Assembly (NCBI GenBank): GCA_963740085.1
Contig: CAVUCU010000007.1
Coordinates: forward strand, 64,001-128,000
Length of the DNA: 64,000 bases
Source: Nitrospirota bacterium
GTDB lineage: Bacteria; Nitrospirota; UBA9217
Direction of reading: 5' to 3'
Under the pieces are notes generated by a model. The model was not told the origin of the DNA. It worked only from the letters and a program-made list of their open reading frames with translations, and searched no databases. Positions 16,688 to 29,331 of the stretch are shown one piece after another. The position numbers and the translations under genes were made by a program. Every line of letters starts with the position of its first letter. The first letter of the stretch is position 1.

Positions 16688-19600
16688 ATGAAATGCATCA
16701 TTTTGCCATACGGGAACGTTGGTTGGGTGGAAAAGAACAGGCTCATGGAACAGGTTATCGCGTCCAGGCCGGGCCCGCCGTTTATCTATAATGATGTTCT
16801 GATCCTCGTGCCCTCTTCTCGCATGAAGCGAATATATGCCCGGATGTTCCTCGATATCGTTCATCGCAAAGGATCCTCCGCGCTCGTCCAACCCGAGATC
16901 CATACGCTCCATCACTTCTTCGAGAAGCTCTACTCCTCCCTCAACGGCCCGCGGCTCATGGACGAGAACGGCAGACTGGTCCTGCTCGAGGGCCTGGTCA
17001 AGAAGCGCCTCATCAGCAGTTCACTATTCAACCAGAGCCCGGATCTGCTCGCACCTTCTCTCTCAGCCGCGCTCGCCACGATGATCGAACAATTATCCGC
17101 GTCGGGAGTGGGTCCTGACGAACTGTCTCGAAAGATAAAAGACGCCGATTTTTTCGACAAACCCCAGGTCAAGCTGCTCGTTGAGGTCTACGAACGGTAT
17201 GCGGCCCTCCTGGAAAAACGCGGCCTGATCGACCCGGCTGGCATGCGCGCCTATCTGCGCGACCACTTCGAGCCCGCGTGGCTCGCGGGCTATTCCCGGA
17301 TCATCATTGATGGGATCCAGGACGCGGGCAGGCTTGAAGCGGACATTCTGCGCAGGATGATCGATCGCGGCAATTGCGTCTACCTGCTGGATGCCCCATC
17401 AACGGACCTGCTCAAGCGCGCCGGAGAATTCCATCCCCTCAGGCTGACGAAGGACTTCATCTCCGGCATCGGGATCATGCCGGAGGAAGAGAGCGCCGTC
17501 ATGAACAACGATGACCTGTTCCTTGCATCAACACTGTTCTCGGACCGGCCCTTTGCCGAGATAATGCAGAGCGCGCCCGCCCCATCGCTGTTCTCAAAGA
17601 CGATCAACCTGCTCTCAACGGTCAATACCCGGGAAGAAGTGTCGATGATCGCGGGAATGGTGAAGGACTCGTTACGGAACGGCGCCGCGCCGGACTCCGT
17701 TCTCGTGTCCTTTCCTGCGCTCGACGAATATGGTCCCCTCGTGGAGGAGATCTTCAACGATTACGGCATCCCGTTCAATCGCGCCCTCGGCAGGCAGATC
17801 AGCGCGTCGCCGGTCTCAACAGCGGTGATTTCGCTCCTCCGGTCCTGCCAGGAAGACTTCTCCGGCCCATCGTTGCTCAGGATATTCAGCTCTCCATTCC
17901 TGAAGTTCGGCGAGCATCCGGCCCTTGCGCCTGCCCTCGACCGGCTCATGCGGGACGAGAGAATATCCGGTGGTAAGGAGAAGCTGCTTTCCGCGCTTGC
18001 GCGTTTTCCCCCGGGAGATGAACGCAGGGGCATCCTCTCAGGACCGCTGACCGAACTTTTTATTGCCCTCGAACCCTTTGCGGAGAAAGCGGCGATAACC
18101 CTTTCGGTCTGGATGAAGCGTCTTTACGGCCTCATAGCCTGGTCGGGACTCGCGGAGCGGGTGGACAAAATTCACGGTCCCTTGAACATCAATCTTCAGG
18201 CATTCAGGAAATTGAGCGATACCCTCGACTCCCTCAATCGCGCTGGATTGCTCTTTCCGGAATATCCCCTTACGTTTAACGAATGGCTGTTCCTGCTCAA
18301 GAAGACCTTCATGCACGCCCGGTTCCAGGTGCCCCCTGAAGATGAAGGCGGCGTCCAGATACTTGGCCTCGAAGAAAGCATGGGCCATCCGTGGAAGGAG
18401 GTCTATATCGGCGGACTCGTTGACACCGCGTTTCCCCGGCGTTTGCCGCAGAACATCTTCCTGCCCGAACAGGCGCTCGAGACCATGGGCGTTCGCACGG
18501 TCGAAAAGGCGCGCCTGGCCGCGGCATACCATTTCTATCGTCTCCTGCTCTCCGCCGATGTCGTGACGCTGACCTGTCCCGAGAATGAAGGCGACCGGCC
18601 AATGGCGCGGTCGCCGTTCCTGGAAGAGCTGACACCGCTCATGAAAGCCGGCCTCCTGAATCGCGGTATCGAGAAGACCTCCGGCATCCAGTTCAGTCTG
18701 AAGATAGAAGAGAGCCGTGGCCTTCCCGAGCTGGCAAAAGCACTAAGCCTTTCAGTGAATGTGAAAGGCATCCAGGACGTCCTGAATGCAGGGATCGACG
18801 GCCTGTCCGGGATAAGGTCCGCGTTCGAGTTCAAACCAACGGGCTCGGCCCTGCCGGTCGTGCGGCGGCAGAAGCGCGCGTTCCGGGTCACGGAGCTGGA
18901 CGCCTATATCAACTGTCCTTATGACTACTACATCACCAGGGTCCTCGGCATTGAACCGCTCGAAGAGCTGTCCGAGGATATCTCTCCGATGGACCGCGGC
19001 AGCAAGGTCCATTCGATCCTGCGGAACTTCTACCTTTCATGGAACAGGTCCGTTACGCGGGATACCCGCGATGAGGCGCGGGCGCTCTTGCGAAAGCTCG
19101 CGGACTCCGCCTTTGATAAGGAGGCCGACACCTTCCGCAACAGACGTGACAAAGAGCTGTTCACCGGCGTGATGGCGGAACGGTTCCTCGATGCAGAGGA
19201 AGCTTTCTGGCGACAGGGAATGAAGCCGGCCTGTCTCGAAAAGAAGATCGAGCGATATCGCATTGTCCTTTCGAATGGCGAGGCGGTCGAGCTGTCGGCC
19301 AGGATAGACCGCATCGACATGGACGAAAACGGCAACTTCATCGTCGTGGATTACAAGACCGGCAGCTATCCTCCGCCGAAGATGGATCTGGAGCAGGACA
19401 TCTTCCAGCTCCCGGTCTACGCGGTTATGGCAATGCACGCATTGTCCGGTGAGGGAGGGTCACCATGCGCCGTAACCCTGCGAAAGCCCATCGGCGTGGC
19501 ATATTACGATCTCGCCGGGAAGACCGGGGGCGGGGCAAGGGATGTGGTGCTTTTTAACCGAGAAGCGCGCAACGACCACCCGATGGCAAAACCCAAGACG

Positions 19601-19768
19601 AGCCCCAAGAGCGAAGAGGAATTTGAGGCGATATTAAAACAGAGCATGGACAAGGCCCGCAAAGCGGTAGAAGGCATCCTCGCGGGCGATTTCTCAGCCA
19701 GACCGCGAGACGAGAACAAATGCCGGTATTGTCCGAACGAGATGATGTGCGAGAAAGAGGAATCGTAG
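16688..19768 (+). CDS. addB: AddB-like helicase/nuclease subunit (PD-(D/E)xK nuclease with Fe-S cysteines)
   Basis: YINCPY, RGSKVH, RIDRID, VDYKTG, CRYCPNEMMC; upstream of addA. Confidence 0.8.
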   Translation: MKCIILPYGNVGWVEKNRLMEQVIASRPGPPFIYNDVLILVPSSRMKRIYARMFLDIVHRKGSSALVQPEIHTLHHFFEKLYSSLNGPRLMDENGRLVLLEGLVKKRLISSSLFNQSPDLLAPSLSAALATMIEQLSASGVGPDELSRKIKDADFFDKPQVKLLVEVYERYAALLEKRGLIDPAGMRAYLRDHFEPAWLAGYSRIIIDGIQDAGRLEADILRRMIDRGNCVYLLDAPSTDLLKRAGEFHPLRLTKDFISGIGIMPEEESAVMNNDDLFLASTLFSDRPFAEIMQSAPAPSLFSKTINLLSTVNTREEVSMIAGMVKDSLRNGAAPDSVLVSFPALDEYGPLVEEIFNDYGIPFNRALGRQISASPVSTAVISLLRSCQEDFSGPSLLRIFSSPFLKFGEHPALAPALDRLMRDERISGGKEKLLSALARFPPGDERRGILSGPLTELFIALEPFAEKAAITLSVWMKRLYGLIAWSGLAERVDKIHGPLNINLQAFRKLSDTLDSLNRAGLLFPEYPLTFNEWLFLLKKTFMHARFQVPPEDEGGVQILGLEESMGHPWKEVYIGGLVDTAFPRRLPQNIFLPEQALETMGVRTVEKARLAAAYHFYRLLLSADVVTLTCPENEGDRPMARSPFLEELTPLMKAGLLNRGIEKTSGIQFSLKIEESRGLPELAKALSLSVNVKGIQDVLNAGIDGLSGIRSAFEFKPTGSALPVVRRQKRAFRVTELDAYINCPYDYYITRVLGIEPLEELSEDISPMDRGSKVHSILRNFYLSWNRSVTRDTRDEARALLRKLADSAFDKEADTFRNRRDKELFTGVMAERFLDAEEAFWRQGMKPACLEKKIERYRIVLSNGEAVELSARIDRIDMDENGNFIVVDYKTGSYPPPKMDLEQDIFQLPVYAVMAMHALSGEGGSPCAVTLRKPIGVAYYDLAGKTGGGARDVVLFNREARNDHPMAKPKTSPKSEEEFEAILKQSMDKARKAVEGILAGDFSARPRDENKCRYCPNEMMCEKEES

Positions 19769-19827
19769 GGCAGGCCCCGGTGACTGGCCGGATAATCATG
19801 AGGACAACCACGGGGGCCGCCCCGACA
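19765..19827. repeat. REP-like inverted pair (GTAGGG...GCCCCGAC)
   Basis: GTAGGGCAGGCCCCGGTGACTGGCC...GGACAACCACGGGGGCCGCCCCGACA. Confidence 0.55.
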
Positions 19828-19834
19828 ACAGAGT

Positions 19835-22800
19835 ATGACCACCAACCCAAAAAATGAGACCGCGTCAAACGCCGCCGACACCGCCAGGTCCGTGCACCTT
19901 TCGGCCTCGGCCGGCTCCGGCAAGACCCGCGCGCTCAAGGACCGCTACCTTGCCCTGCTTGACGCGCTCGACAAACGCGGGCTCAACATCGACCAGGCCG
20001 TGGCCATCACGTTCACCGACAAGGCAGCCGCGGAGATCAAAGAGCGCGTGATGCGCGACCTGCCGGAGGCCATGCTCAAGAGGATCATCCGCGGCAGACA
20101 GGACCTCCGTATCTCGACCATCCACTCCTTCTGCATGAACCTGCTGAAGCGCTACCCGCTCGAAGCGGGACTCCCGCCGGACTTCGGCGTGCTCGACTCC
20201 CGCGATCAGGCCGCCAAGATCCAGAAGGCCATCGAAGACACCCTCGAAGAATCCGACCGGGACCAGGAGATCATGGCCCCGCTCAAGGGGTTCACGGTTA
20301 ACGAACTGATCTCCACGGTCGAGTACCTGCTTTCGGTCAGAAGCAGGCTCAAGCGCATGGAGATCGACGCGCAGGGACCGGACGGCCTGCTTAAGTCCAT
20401 CCGCGCCGGAATGGAAACGGATGCCGCGGAGGCAGAGCTCACGGCCCTCATCTCCAGCGCTGAATGGCGGACATCCTTCCGGGAGATGGGGCGCCTGCTC
20501 AAGGCAGAGGGCGACAATTATTACGATTGCAGGGGACCGGGACATGTTCTCCTCGCAGAGGCACAGTCCGCCGATGCCGCGTTCGGGACAACGGAGGCGC
20601 TCTTCCCGATTTACTTCACCCTCGAAGGCGCTCCGCGCAAGAACGCGAAGATCACCGCAAAGTCATTTAAGGGCCGGAGCAGAAAGGAATACGAGAAGCT
20701 CTTCTTCCACATCCAGACATTGCTTTACCGGCTCAGGAACGCGTATCAGCGCGCACAAGCAGGCCGAGAGTCGCTCAGCATGCTCCGGCTGTATCTGCGC
20801 GCCGCGGAACAGTACCAGACAGCAAAGCTCAGGGAAGGCCTTCTCGACTTCGATGATCTCGAGATCTGCGCCTACCGCCTTCTTCAGAACATTGAATCGC
20901 CTGAGATCCTCTACTGGCTCGACCGGAAGATACTGCACTTCCTCGTTGACGAGTTCCAGGACACCAGCGATATACAATGGGCCATCCTCGATAAGCTGAC
21001 CAGCGAGATCTTCGCCGGCCAGGGTGCGGAAAAACGCATGTCGCCTACCTTGTTCGTTGTCGGCGACGAGAAGCAGTCCATCTACCGGTTTCGGGAAGCG
21101 AACTACCGATTGTTCGAGAACGTCAGGCAAAAAATGGAGGCACTGCTTCCTCCCGGATCGCGGGCAATCCTCACGCTCGACAAGAACTTCCGCTCAACGC
21201 CCGAGGTCGTTGAGACCGTGAACAAGGTCTTTACAGGGCTGTGGGGGGAAGAGTATAAATCCTCTGACGTTGACCGGAAAGACCACAAGGGTAGCGTCCA
21301 ACTCATCGAGCTTCAGTCTGTTTCCGGAGAAGGGGGCCCTTCCGGCCCTGCCGAAGCCGGGGTGCTTGCGCAGAGGATACTATCGCTCGTGGGATTTGGA
21401 ACGATCGTCTACGAAAAGATCGACAATGACTGGATCACCCGTCCCGCAGCCTACGGCGACTGCGCAATCCTGATCCAGTCGCGCACAAAGCTCAAGGAAT
21501 ACGAGACTGCGCTGCAGCAGGCAGGCATTCCCTTCCGCGTGATCGGCGGCATCGGCTTTTACGACGAGGACGAGATCCAGGCCTTGATGAGCACCCTCTC
21601 CTTCCTCTGGAACAAGGATGACAAGCTGGCGCTTGCCGCGGCGCTTAAATCGGACCTTTTCGGGTTCACGGACGAAGACATCTTCGACCTTATGCAGCAG
21701 GGTGGCGATATGGCCGATTCACTCCGAACACTGAGGCCGGAATCGCGGGCGTTATTGCACCGCTGGCAACAGATCGCAGGCGTCGCGCCTCTTGCGACTC
21801 TCATTCATATGATCATCAATGAGAGCGGCGCCTATGTGCGGTTCGGCAGGAGGAACCCTCAGGCGATCTTCAATCTCGATAAACTGCTGGATACTGCCCG
21901 CGAGTTCGACCGCCGCGGCTACACCACGCTCCAGGACTTCGTGGAGTGGGTCAGGAACATCCGGAGGACGGAACAACGCGAAGCCACCGCTGACATGAAC
22001 CTTCCCGGCTTCCAGGGTTCCGTCAGCATCCTGACCGTGCATAAGGCAAAGGGTCTGGAATATCCCGTCGTGTTCCTGCCGGGAATGAACCAGGCTGCGC
22101 GGTCGCTTACCATCGGACCGGAGGCGCTCATCAGCGAAGCGGACGGGACCAAGCGCATCGCGATCAAGGACGCGACCAATCCGGTGTACGGCGATATGTG
22201 GAAGGGAGACAGCAGTGAGCAGGAAGAACTGAAGCGGGAGCAACAGCGGCTTCTCTACGTCGCGATGACTCGGGCGCGTGACCACCTGGTCATGCTCGGC
22301 ACCCTCGGAACCGGCAGGACACCGATCAAGCAGGATACCTGGCTGGATTACCTGCACACCACGGCTCCGCAGCCCTTATTCGAACAACCGATCGACGGTC
22401 CGGCGGGCATGCGTCTCTATTCGATTCCAATGTCCGCATGGGCGTCAACCATAATCATGAATCCCCCTTCATTCCCCGCCCCGGCAAAGAGGGGCCGGGG
22501 GGAAGATGAGCAGGGCGTTTCAGCACAGGTAGATTTGCAAAAGGTCCTCGACCATATCTCCCCTCTCCTGCGCTCGGACGCCTTAGAATGGAAGCGCGCG
22601 ACAGACTTCATTGCGCAGGACATTGGATCACTGCCAGAGACTCCGGTAGCTTCAGACGAAGCAAGGGTCGTCTCTCCACTCACCCGGGGGAGTGTTCTCC
22701 ATCGCTGCCTTGAGGAATATGCAAAGACCGGTGCGTACGACATCGACAGGATCACTGCCGAATATCCTGAGATACTGGCGCTCGGGCACGATGCTCAAAA

Positions 22801-23158
22801 TAACATCAGGGTTGCCGTCGAGTCGATCCTGGGATCGGTCCTGAAGAATCGGGACACCTCATGGATCTTCGAACGCCGCGATACCTCATATGCGGAACTG
22901 CCCTTCCTGTACAAAAAGGGCCGTTCCCTGGTAAGCGGAATCATCGATCGCGTTGTTGTCAAGGATGGGAAAGGATTCGTTATCGATTATAAGTCCATTC
23001 TGGTCGAGAATGACGACGCACTCAAATCCTGGACGGAACATTACCGCCCTCAGATTGTGGTATATTGTGAGGCAGTGAAAGAGATCTTCCAGCTGGGGCG
23101 CGTTGAAGGATATATATTCTTCCTTGACAGCAACCGGTTGGAATTGGCAGTACCCTAA
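19835..23158 (+). CDS. addA: AddA-like UvrD helicase/nuclease
   Basis: SASAGSGKT, ITFTDKAA, VDEFQDTS, VGDEKQSIYRFR, TVHKAKGLE, LYVAMTRA, GIIDR...IDYKS. Confidence 0.88.
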   Translation: MTTNPKNETASNAADTARSVHLSASAGSGKTRALKDRYLALLDALDKRGLNIDQAVAITFTDKAAAEIKERVMRDLPEAMLKRIIRGRQDLRISTIHSFCMNLLKRYPLEAGLPPDFGVLDSRDQAAKIQKAIEDTLEESDRDQEIMAPLKGFTVNELISTVEYLLSVRSRLKRMEIDAQGPDGLLKSIRAGMETDAAEAELTALISSAEWRTSFREMGRLLKAEGDNYYDCRGPGHVLLAEAQSADAAFGTTEALFPIYFTLEGAPRKNAKITAKSFKGRSRKEYEKLFFHIQTLLYRLRNAYQRAQAGRESLSMLRLYLRAAEQYQTAKLREGLLDFDDLEICAYRLLQNIESPEILYWLDRKILHFLVDEFQDTSDIQWAILDKLTSEIFAGQGAEKRMSPTLFVVGDEKQSIYRFREANYRLFENVRQKMEALLPPGSRAILTLDKNFRSTPEVVETVNKVFTGLWGEEYKSSDVDRKDHKGSVQLIELQSVSGEGGPSGPAEAGVLAQRILSLVGFGTIVYEKIDNDWITRPAAYGDCAILIQSRTKLKEYETALQQAGIPFRVIGGIGFYDEDEIQALMSTLSFLWNKDDKLALAAALKSDLFGFTDEDIFDLMQQGGDMADSLRTLRPESRALLHRWQQIAGVAPLATLIHMIINESGAYVRFGRRNPQAIFNLDKLLDTAREFDRRGYTTLQDFVEWVRNIRRTEQREATADMNLPGFQGSVSILTVHKAKGLEYPVVFLPGMNQAARSLTIGPEALISEADGTKRIAIKDATNPVYGDMWKGDSSEQEELKREQQRLLYVAMTRARDHLVMLGTLGTGRTPIKQDTWLDYLHTTAPQPLFEQPIDGPAGMRLYSIPMSAWASTIIMNPPSFPAPAKRGRGEDEQGVSAQVDLQKVLDHISPLLRSDALEWKRATDFIAQDIGSLPETPVASDEARVVSPLTRGSVLHRCLEEYAKTGAYDIDRITAEYPEILALGHDAQNNIRVAVESILGSVLKNRDTSWIFERRDTSYAELPFLYKKGRSLVSGIIDRVVVKDGKGFVIDYKSILVENDDALKSWTEHYRPQIVVYCEAVKEIFQLGRVEGYIFFLDSNRLELAVP

Positions 23159-23344
23159 TAGTACCAGCATACACGGCGTTCTTAATTCCTGGAAATATCA
23201 CAATCTTTGTTAAACCAATTTCCCTATTGAGTGTCAAACATCTACATACCCCATGCGGTCATAGAGAGATGACAACACCACCCGGAATTAATACAGATTT
23301 GTTGTTACCACAGAAGAGGCTTATCATTTAAAGAGGAGGAGCAC

Positions 23345-24805
<1,461 letters not shown>

Positions 24806-24836
24806 TGATTTTTACCTCCCGAAAAATCCCCACTCG

Positions 24837-24868
24837 CTTAGTCCTCTCCCACGAGGGAGAGGACTAAG
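24837..24868. repeat. Perfect 14-bp-stem palindrome after degP
   Basis: CTTAGTCCTCTCCC-ACGA-GGGAGAGGACTAAG. Confidence 0.8.
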
Positions 24869-25226
24869 TCCGTCTTTGCAGCGACAATTTTGCAGAGCTG
24901 CTAACCTCATGACCCCTGACCCGGACAAGCCGGGACCAAAAGCAAAAATTGAAAGGCGTCTCTCGCAAAGACGCAATAGCCTATGAAAGAAAAGCGGCCA
25001 CTGAGGGAATCACGCCAGGAAAATCTTTAAGTCTTGGCTTGATAAAAACTAAATACTATGGCCTTTCTTTGCGAGCTTAGCGTCCTTGCGAGAAAATTTC
25101 TGGCCATATGACCTGATTGACACTCCGCGGGAAAATGTTACAATGTTTGTAACTGCTCAGGTTCAATGTTTCAAGGGTTCAGAGTTCGAGGTTTAGAAGA
25201 GAAAGGCTCCTCTTGAAAGGACTACC

Positions 25227-26606
25227 ATGAAAGAATACGACATCATCATCATCGGCTCAGGCAGCGGGGCGAACCTTGTCAATGACGCACTGTCACACAA
25301 TAAGACCGTTGCGATCGTGGACAAGGGGCCCGCGGGCGGCACCTGTCTGAATGTCGGTTGCATACCCACGAAAATGATCGTCTACCCGGCTGACAGGATC
25401 ATGGAGATCCGCGAGGCGAACAAATTAGGCATCACCGCAGAGATCAAGGAGATCGATTTCGCATCCATCATGGAGCGGATGCGCAAGGCCGTAAAAAAAA
25501 GTCGCGATAATATCCAAAAAACGTTGGACGAGGCCAGGGATTTCGATTACTACCGGGGCGAGGCGCGTTTTACCGCGGACTATACGCTCGAGGTTAATAT
25601 TAAAACGATCAAGGGGAAAACAATATTTCTGGCTTCCGGCGCCCGGCCGCTCATTCCTCCCCTCAAAGGCATCGAGAGCATCGAGTACCTCACGAACGAA
25701 AGCGCGCTCCAGCTTACCGAACGTCCGGAAAGCATGGTCATCATCGGAGGCGGATACATTGCCGCTGAGTTCGCCCATTTCTTCGAGGCCATGGGCACGA
25801 AGGTAACTATCATACAGAGGAACGAGCGGCTCGTACCCGAAGAGGAGCCTGAGATCTCCGAACTGCTGAAGACAGCCCTTTCCCGCCGCATGACAATTCA
25901 TACGAATACAGAAGCCGTTGAGGTCCGCCAGACCGGGAAGGTCACGACGGTCGTGGCAAGAGAACAGAACAGTGGAAAACAGCTGGAGATCATTGCCCAA
26001 CAGATCCTGATCGCCGCGGGACGAAAATCAAATGCCGATATCCTGATGGTCGAAAAGACCGGCGTGAAGACGGACGAAAAGGGGTACATCAGTGTGGATG
26101 AGATCCTGGAGACCTCGAAGAAAAACATCTGGGCGTTCGGAGATGCCATCGGCAAAAAGATGTTCCGGCACTCGGCCAATCATGAGGCCGAGCTTGTCTG
26201 GCACAATGCCATCCACGGCAAGAAATCACGGATGAACTTCATTACCGTACCGCATGCCGTGTTCTCATATCCCGAAATCGCTTCCGTGGGACTTACCGAG
26301 GAGCAGGCGATCAAGCTCATGGGCAAACACGAGGTGTTGGTGGGCAAGGCCATGTACCGGGAAGTGGCACGCGGCGAGGCCATGATGGAAACCGAGGGAT
26401 TCACCAAGACCATGGTGCACCGGAAGACGGGAAAGATACTGGGATACCATATCATCGGTCCGCAGGCGTCTATCCTGATCCAGGAGGTCGTGAACGCCAT
26501 GGCAGGTGACGGGAACATCTGGTCCGTTGCAAAAGGAATGCATATTCACCCGGCGCTGTCTGAGGTTGTGCTGAAGGCATTCGGGCAGCTGAACGAGGTG
26601 GAGTGA
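25227..26606 (+). CDS. Class I pyridine nucleotide-disulfide oxidoreductase (dihydrolipoyl dehydrogenase family)
   Basis: IIIGSGSG, GGTCLNVGCIPTK, GGGYIAAE, HIHPALSE. Confidence 0.88.
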   Translation: MKEYDIIIIGSGSGANLVNDALSHNKTVAIVDKGPAGGTCLNVGCIPTKMIVYPADRIMEIREANKLGITAEIKEIDFASIMERMRKAVKKSRDNIQKTLDEARDFDYYRGEARFTADYTLEVNIKTIKGKTIFLASGARPLIPPLKGIESIEYLTNESALQLTERPESMVIIGGGYIAAEFAHFFEAMGTKVTIIQRNERLVPEEEPEISELLKTALSRRMTIHTNTEAVEVRQTGKVTTVVAREQNSGKQLEIIAQQILIAAGRKSNADILMVEKTGVKTDEKGYISVDEILETSKKNIWAFGDAIGKKMFRHSANHEAELVWHNAIHGKKSRMNFITVPHAVFSYPEIASVGLTEEQAIKLMGKHEVLVGKAMYREVARGEAMMETEGFTKTMVHRKTGKILGYHIIGPQASILIQEVVNAMAGDGNIWSVAKGMHIHPALSEVVLKAFGQLNEVE

Positions 26607-26776
26607 TCCTAAAAACAGCGACGCCGCATTCGCGGGACCAACACTTCGCGTGAGGGGCGCGGTTTCAGCGACCCCCTCCAAACGAATGGTTATCCTTGTC
26701 TTTCATCATCACCTATAGCCAGTGTGCTCCACCACGTTCTCGGCTCACGATTGGGAAGCTAAGCGAATCGGCTCGT

Positions 26777-27601
26777 TTAAAAGACATATCCCAGTCTTAA
26801 CCCGAGGAGATCAGAAGTGGAACGGGGCTGAAACACGATATACCCACCGGCGTGTTCATCGTCGGACCGCGAGAACCTCATGCCGTCATAGAACAGGCTG
26901 GTCTTCAAATGGCGAAACTGCAATCCCAGCTCGCCGAACAGCGAGGCCTGCCTGCCGGGATGCAGGGTAACATCGCCTATGCCGAAAGAGCTGAGATCTA
27001 CCGAACTTTCGTTATAGACAGGCAGCTTTACTCCGGACTCCGCGAAAAGCCGCACCCCGCTTGACACGTCAAGCCGTGCGCGCAGGCCAAGACGCACATG
27101 CAGTGTTTTCCAATTTTCCTTGTACCCGTATGCCGTCGCTCCGTTCGCTGAGGTTCCATCATTGATCGTCCTCAACCAGGCGGCAAAACCCAAACCACCG
27201 AAGGGTTCTATTTGCACGCTGTCTGCGGAGCCGAAGACGTGTCCAGCCTCGATCTTGAGCTTTACCCCGAAATAATCGACCGTGGTGCTGCTCTGTATGC
27301 CGGATTGCGTCATGCCGTCGTAATCGACATTGCCGCCGAAGAGCTCGGCCCCCGCTTGCAGGGATACCGGACCCCTGGGTTTCCACCAGTAGGAACCGCC
27401 TATCCCGAAGAGCGTACCCGATTCCTTGAGAAGGCGCGAGCCGTTGTCATCGAACTCCTTCCAGGAGAAGCTCGAAACCATGGTATAGATATTGACATCC
27501 CCGGCCCATGCGGTTCCGCAAACCATGATGCCGGCCGAGGCCAGCGCGAGTACGAGCGCCGTCCTTCGAAGTCTGATTAAAACAAAGCTCAACAGGTTCA
27601 T
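26777..27601 (-). CDS. Outer-membrane beta-barrel protein
   Basis: Signal peptide (AWA-G); alternating amphipathic strands; C-terminal LGYVF BAM-type signal. Confidence 0.7.
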   Translation of the reverse strand: MNLLSFVLIRLRRTALVLALASAGIMVCGTAWAGDVNIYTMVSSFSWKEFDDNGSRLLKESGTLFGIGGSYWWKPRGPVSLQAGAELFGGNVDYDGMTQSGIQSSTTVDYFGVKLKIEAGHVFGSADSVQIEPFGGLGFAAWLRTINDGTSANGATAYGYKENWKTLHVRLGLRARLDVSSGVRLFAESGVKLPVYNESSVDLSSFGIGDVTLHPGRQASLFGELGLQFRHLKTSLFYDGMRFSRSDDEHAGGYIVFQPRSTSDLLGLRLGYVF

Positions 27602-27698
27602 TACAGTCCCCTTATCATCGAGGTTATTCAACCAATCGACGGCTTTTCCTCTTCAACTCCTTATGACTCTTCCCAGGCAATACGGCTTCCCGCGTCAA

Positions 27699-29103
27699 TT
27701 ATGACCCCGTGGGACGCGGTATATGAATCGCTTCTTTATGCACATCTTCTGCCGCTTCCATCAAGGCCTCTGCCAACGTAGGATGCGCATGGATCATCTC
27801 CCCGAGCTGCTTTGCCGTGGCGCCCAACTGCATGGCCAGCGCACCCTCATGGATCAGGTCCGTTGCATGGGCGCCGCAGATGTGAACGCCGAGGACCTTG
27901 TCCGTTGCCTCATCGGCGATGATCTTTGCCATACCCGTGATCTCTCCCATGGCGTGCGCCTTGCCAAGCCCCCGGAATTGGAACCTGCCCACACGGTACT
28001 TGATGCCTCTCTCGACGGCCTGCCCTTCCCTGAGTCCGACGCTGCCGATCTCGGGCATGGTGAAGATGCCTGCCGGGACCACGCTATAATCCATGCGTGA
28101 ATCCCCGCCGAGCGCGTTAGCAACAGCCACGAGACCCTGCTGCGACGCGACATGAGCCAGCATCATGTTCCCTGTCACGTCGCCGATCGCGTAGACGCCG
28201 GGGACGCTGGTCTCCATCCTTTCATTTACCGTGATCTCACCGCGTTTGCCGATGGCCACGCCGACGCTCTCGAGCCCGAGGTTTTCCGAATTCATGCTCC
28301 GGCCGATGGAAACAAGAATCCGTTCGGTCATTACCTCTGTCCCGTTCGAGAGCTTCGCGACCATCATGCCGTCGGTGCCTTTCTCCACCTTTTCCACCTT
28401 TACCGTCGTCACCAGCTTGATCTTCGCTTTTTTAAGCTCCCGTTCGAGAATCCCGGACATTTCCTCATCCTCGGTCGATATTGCATGCGCCATCATCTCG
28501 ACCATGGTCACCTCGGCCCCAAAGGACCGATAGATGAAGGCAAATTCGGAACCGATCACGCCCGCACCAACGATCAGCAGGCTTTTGGGAATGCTGGTGA
28601 GTTGGATCGCTTCATCGCTCGTGATCACGCTCTCGCCGTCGAACGGGAAACCCGTCACCTTCGCAGGCCGCGAGCCTGTGGCGATAATGATCTTGTCGGA
28701 CTTCATGTCCGTCACGGTGCCGTCCTTATTGACAACCCGCACCATGTCGGGAGAGAGTAGTGAGCCCCGGCCCTCGATAAGAGTTACACCCCAGCTCTTG
28801 AACAGGCGCCCGGATGCCCTTGACCTGAGTGGAAACGACCTTGTCCTTGCGCTCGCGGATCTTTTCCAGGTTGTAGCCGACCTCGCCTGACACCTGGATG
28901 CCGAAATCAGCTGCGTTCCTCGTGCGCTCGAGCACCTCGGCTGAAGCGATAAGGGTCTTCGTCGGTATGCATCCCCGGTTCAGGCAGGTGCCGCCCACTT
29001 CAGCTCCTTCGACGACTGTCACCTGCGCGCCCTTCTGAGCTGCGCGGATCGCGGCCACATAACCGCCCGGTCCCGCGCCAATTATGGTCAGTTTTATTGT
29101 CAT
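27699..29103 (-). CDS. lpdA: Dihydrolipoyl dehydrogenase, split by a +1 insertion at ~28805
   Basis: [31 protein letters not shown]; after removing one C reads [18 protein letters not shown]; GAGVIGSE; HAHPTLAE. Confidence 0.88.
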
Positions 29104-29331
29104 AAGATTCTCCCGGCTTGTTCGGTCATCCTCAAGCGCCCCCATAAGGGACATGGCTCTTCCAAGTGAAAATTACCAGGTTCATGCTGAAAACCTGCAC
29201 CCGCATGTTGAAAACCGGGGCGGAAAAGGACAAATGGAAAAGACACCTTCACTAAACGCCAATGATCGCTGCGGCTGTATGCCGTATCCCGCTTACGCGA
29301 TTTTATTACGTATGACCTATGCCACTGTCTT

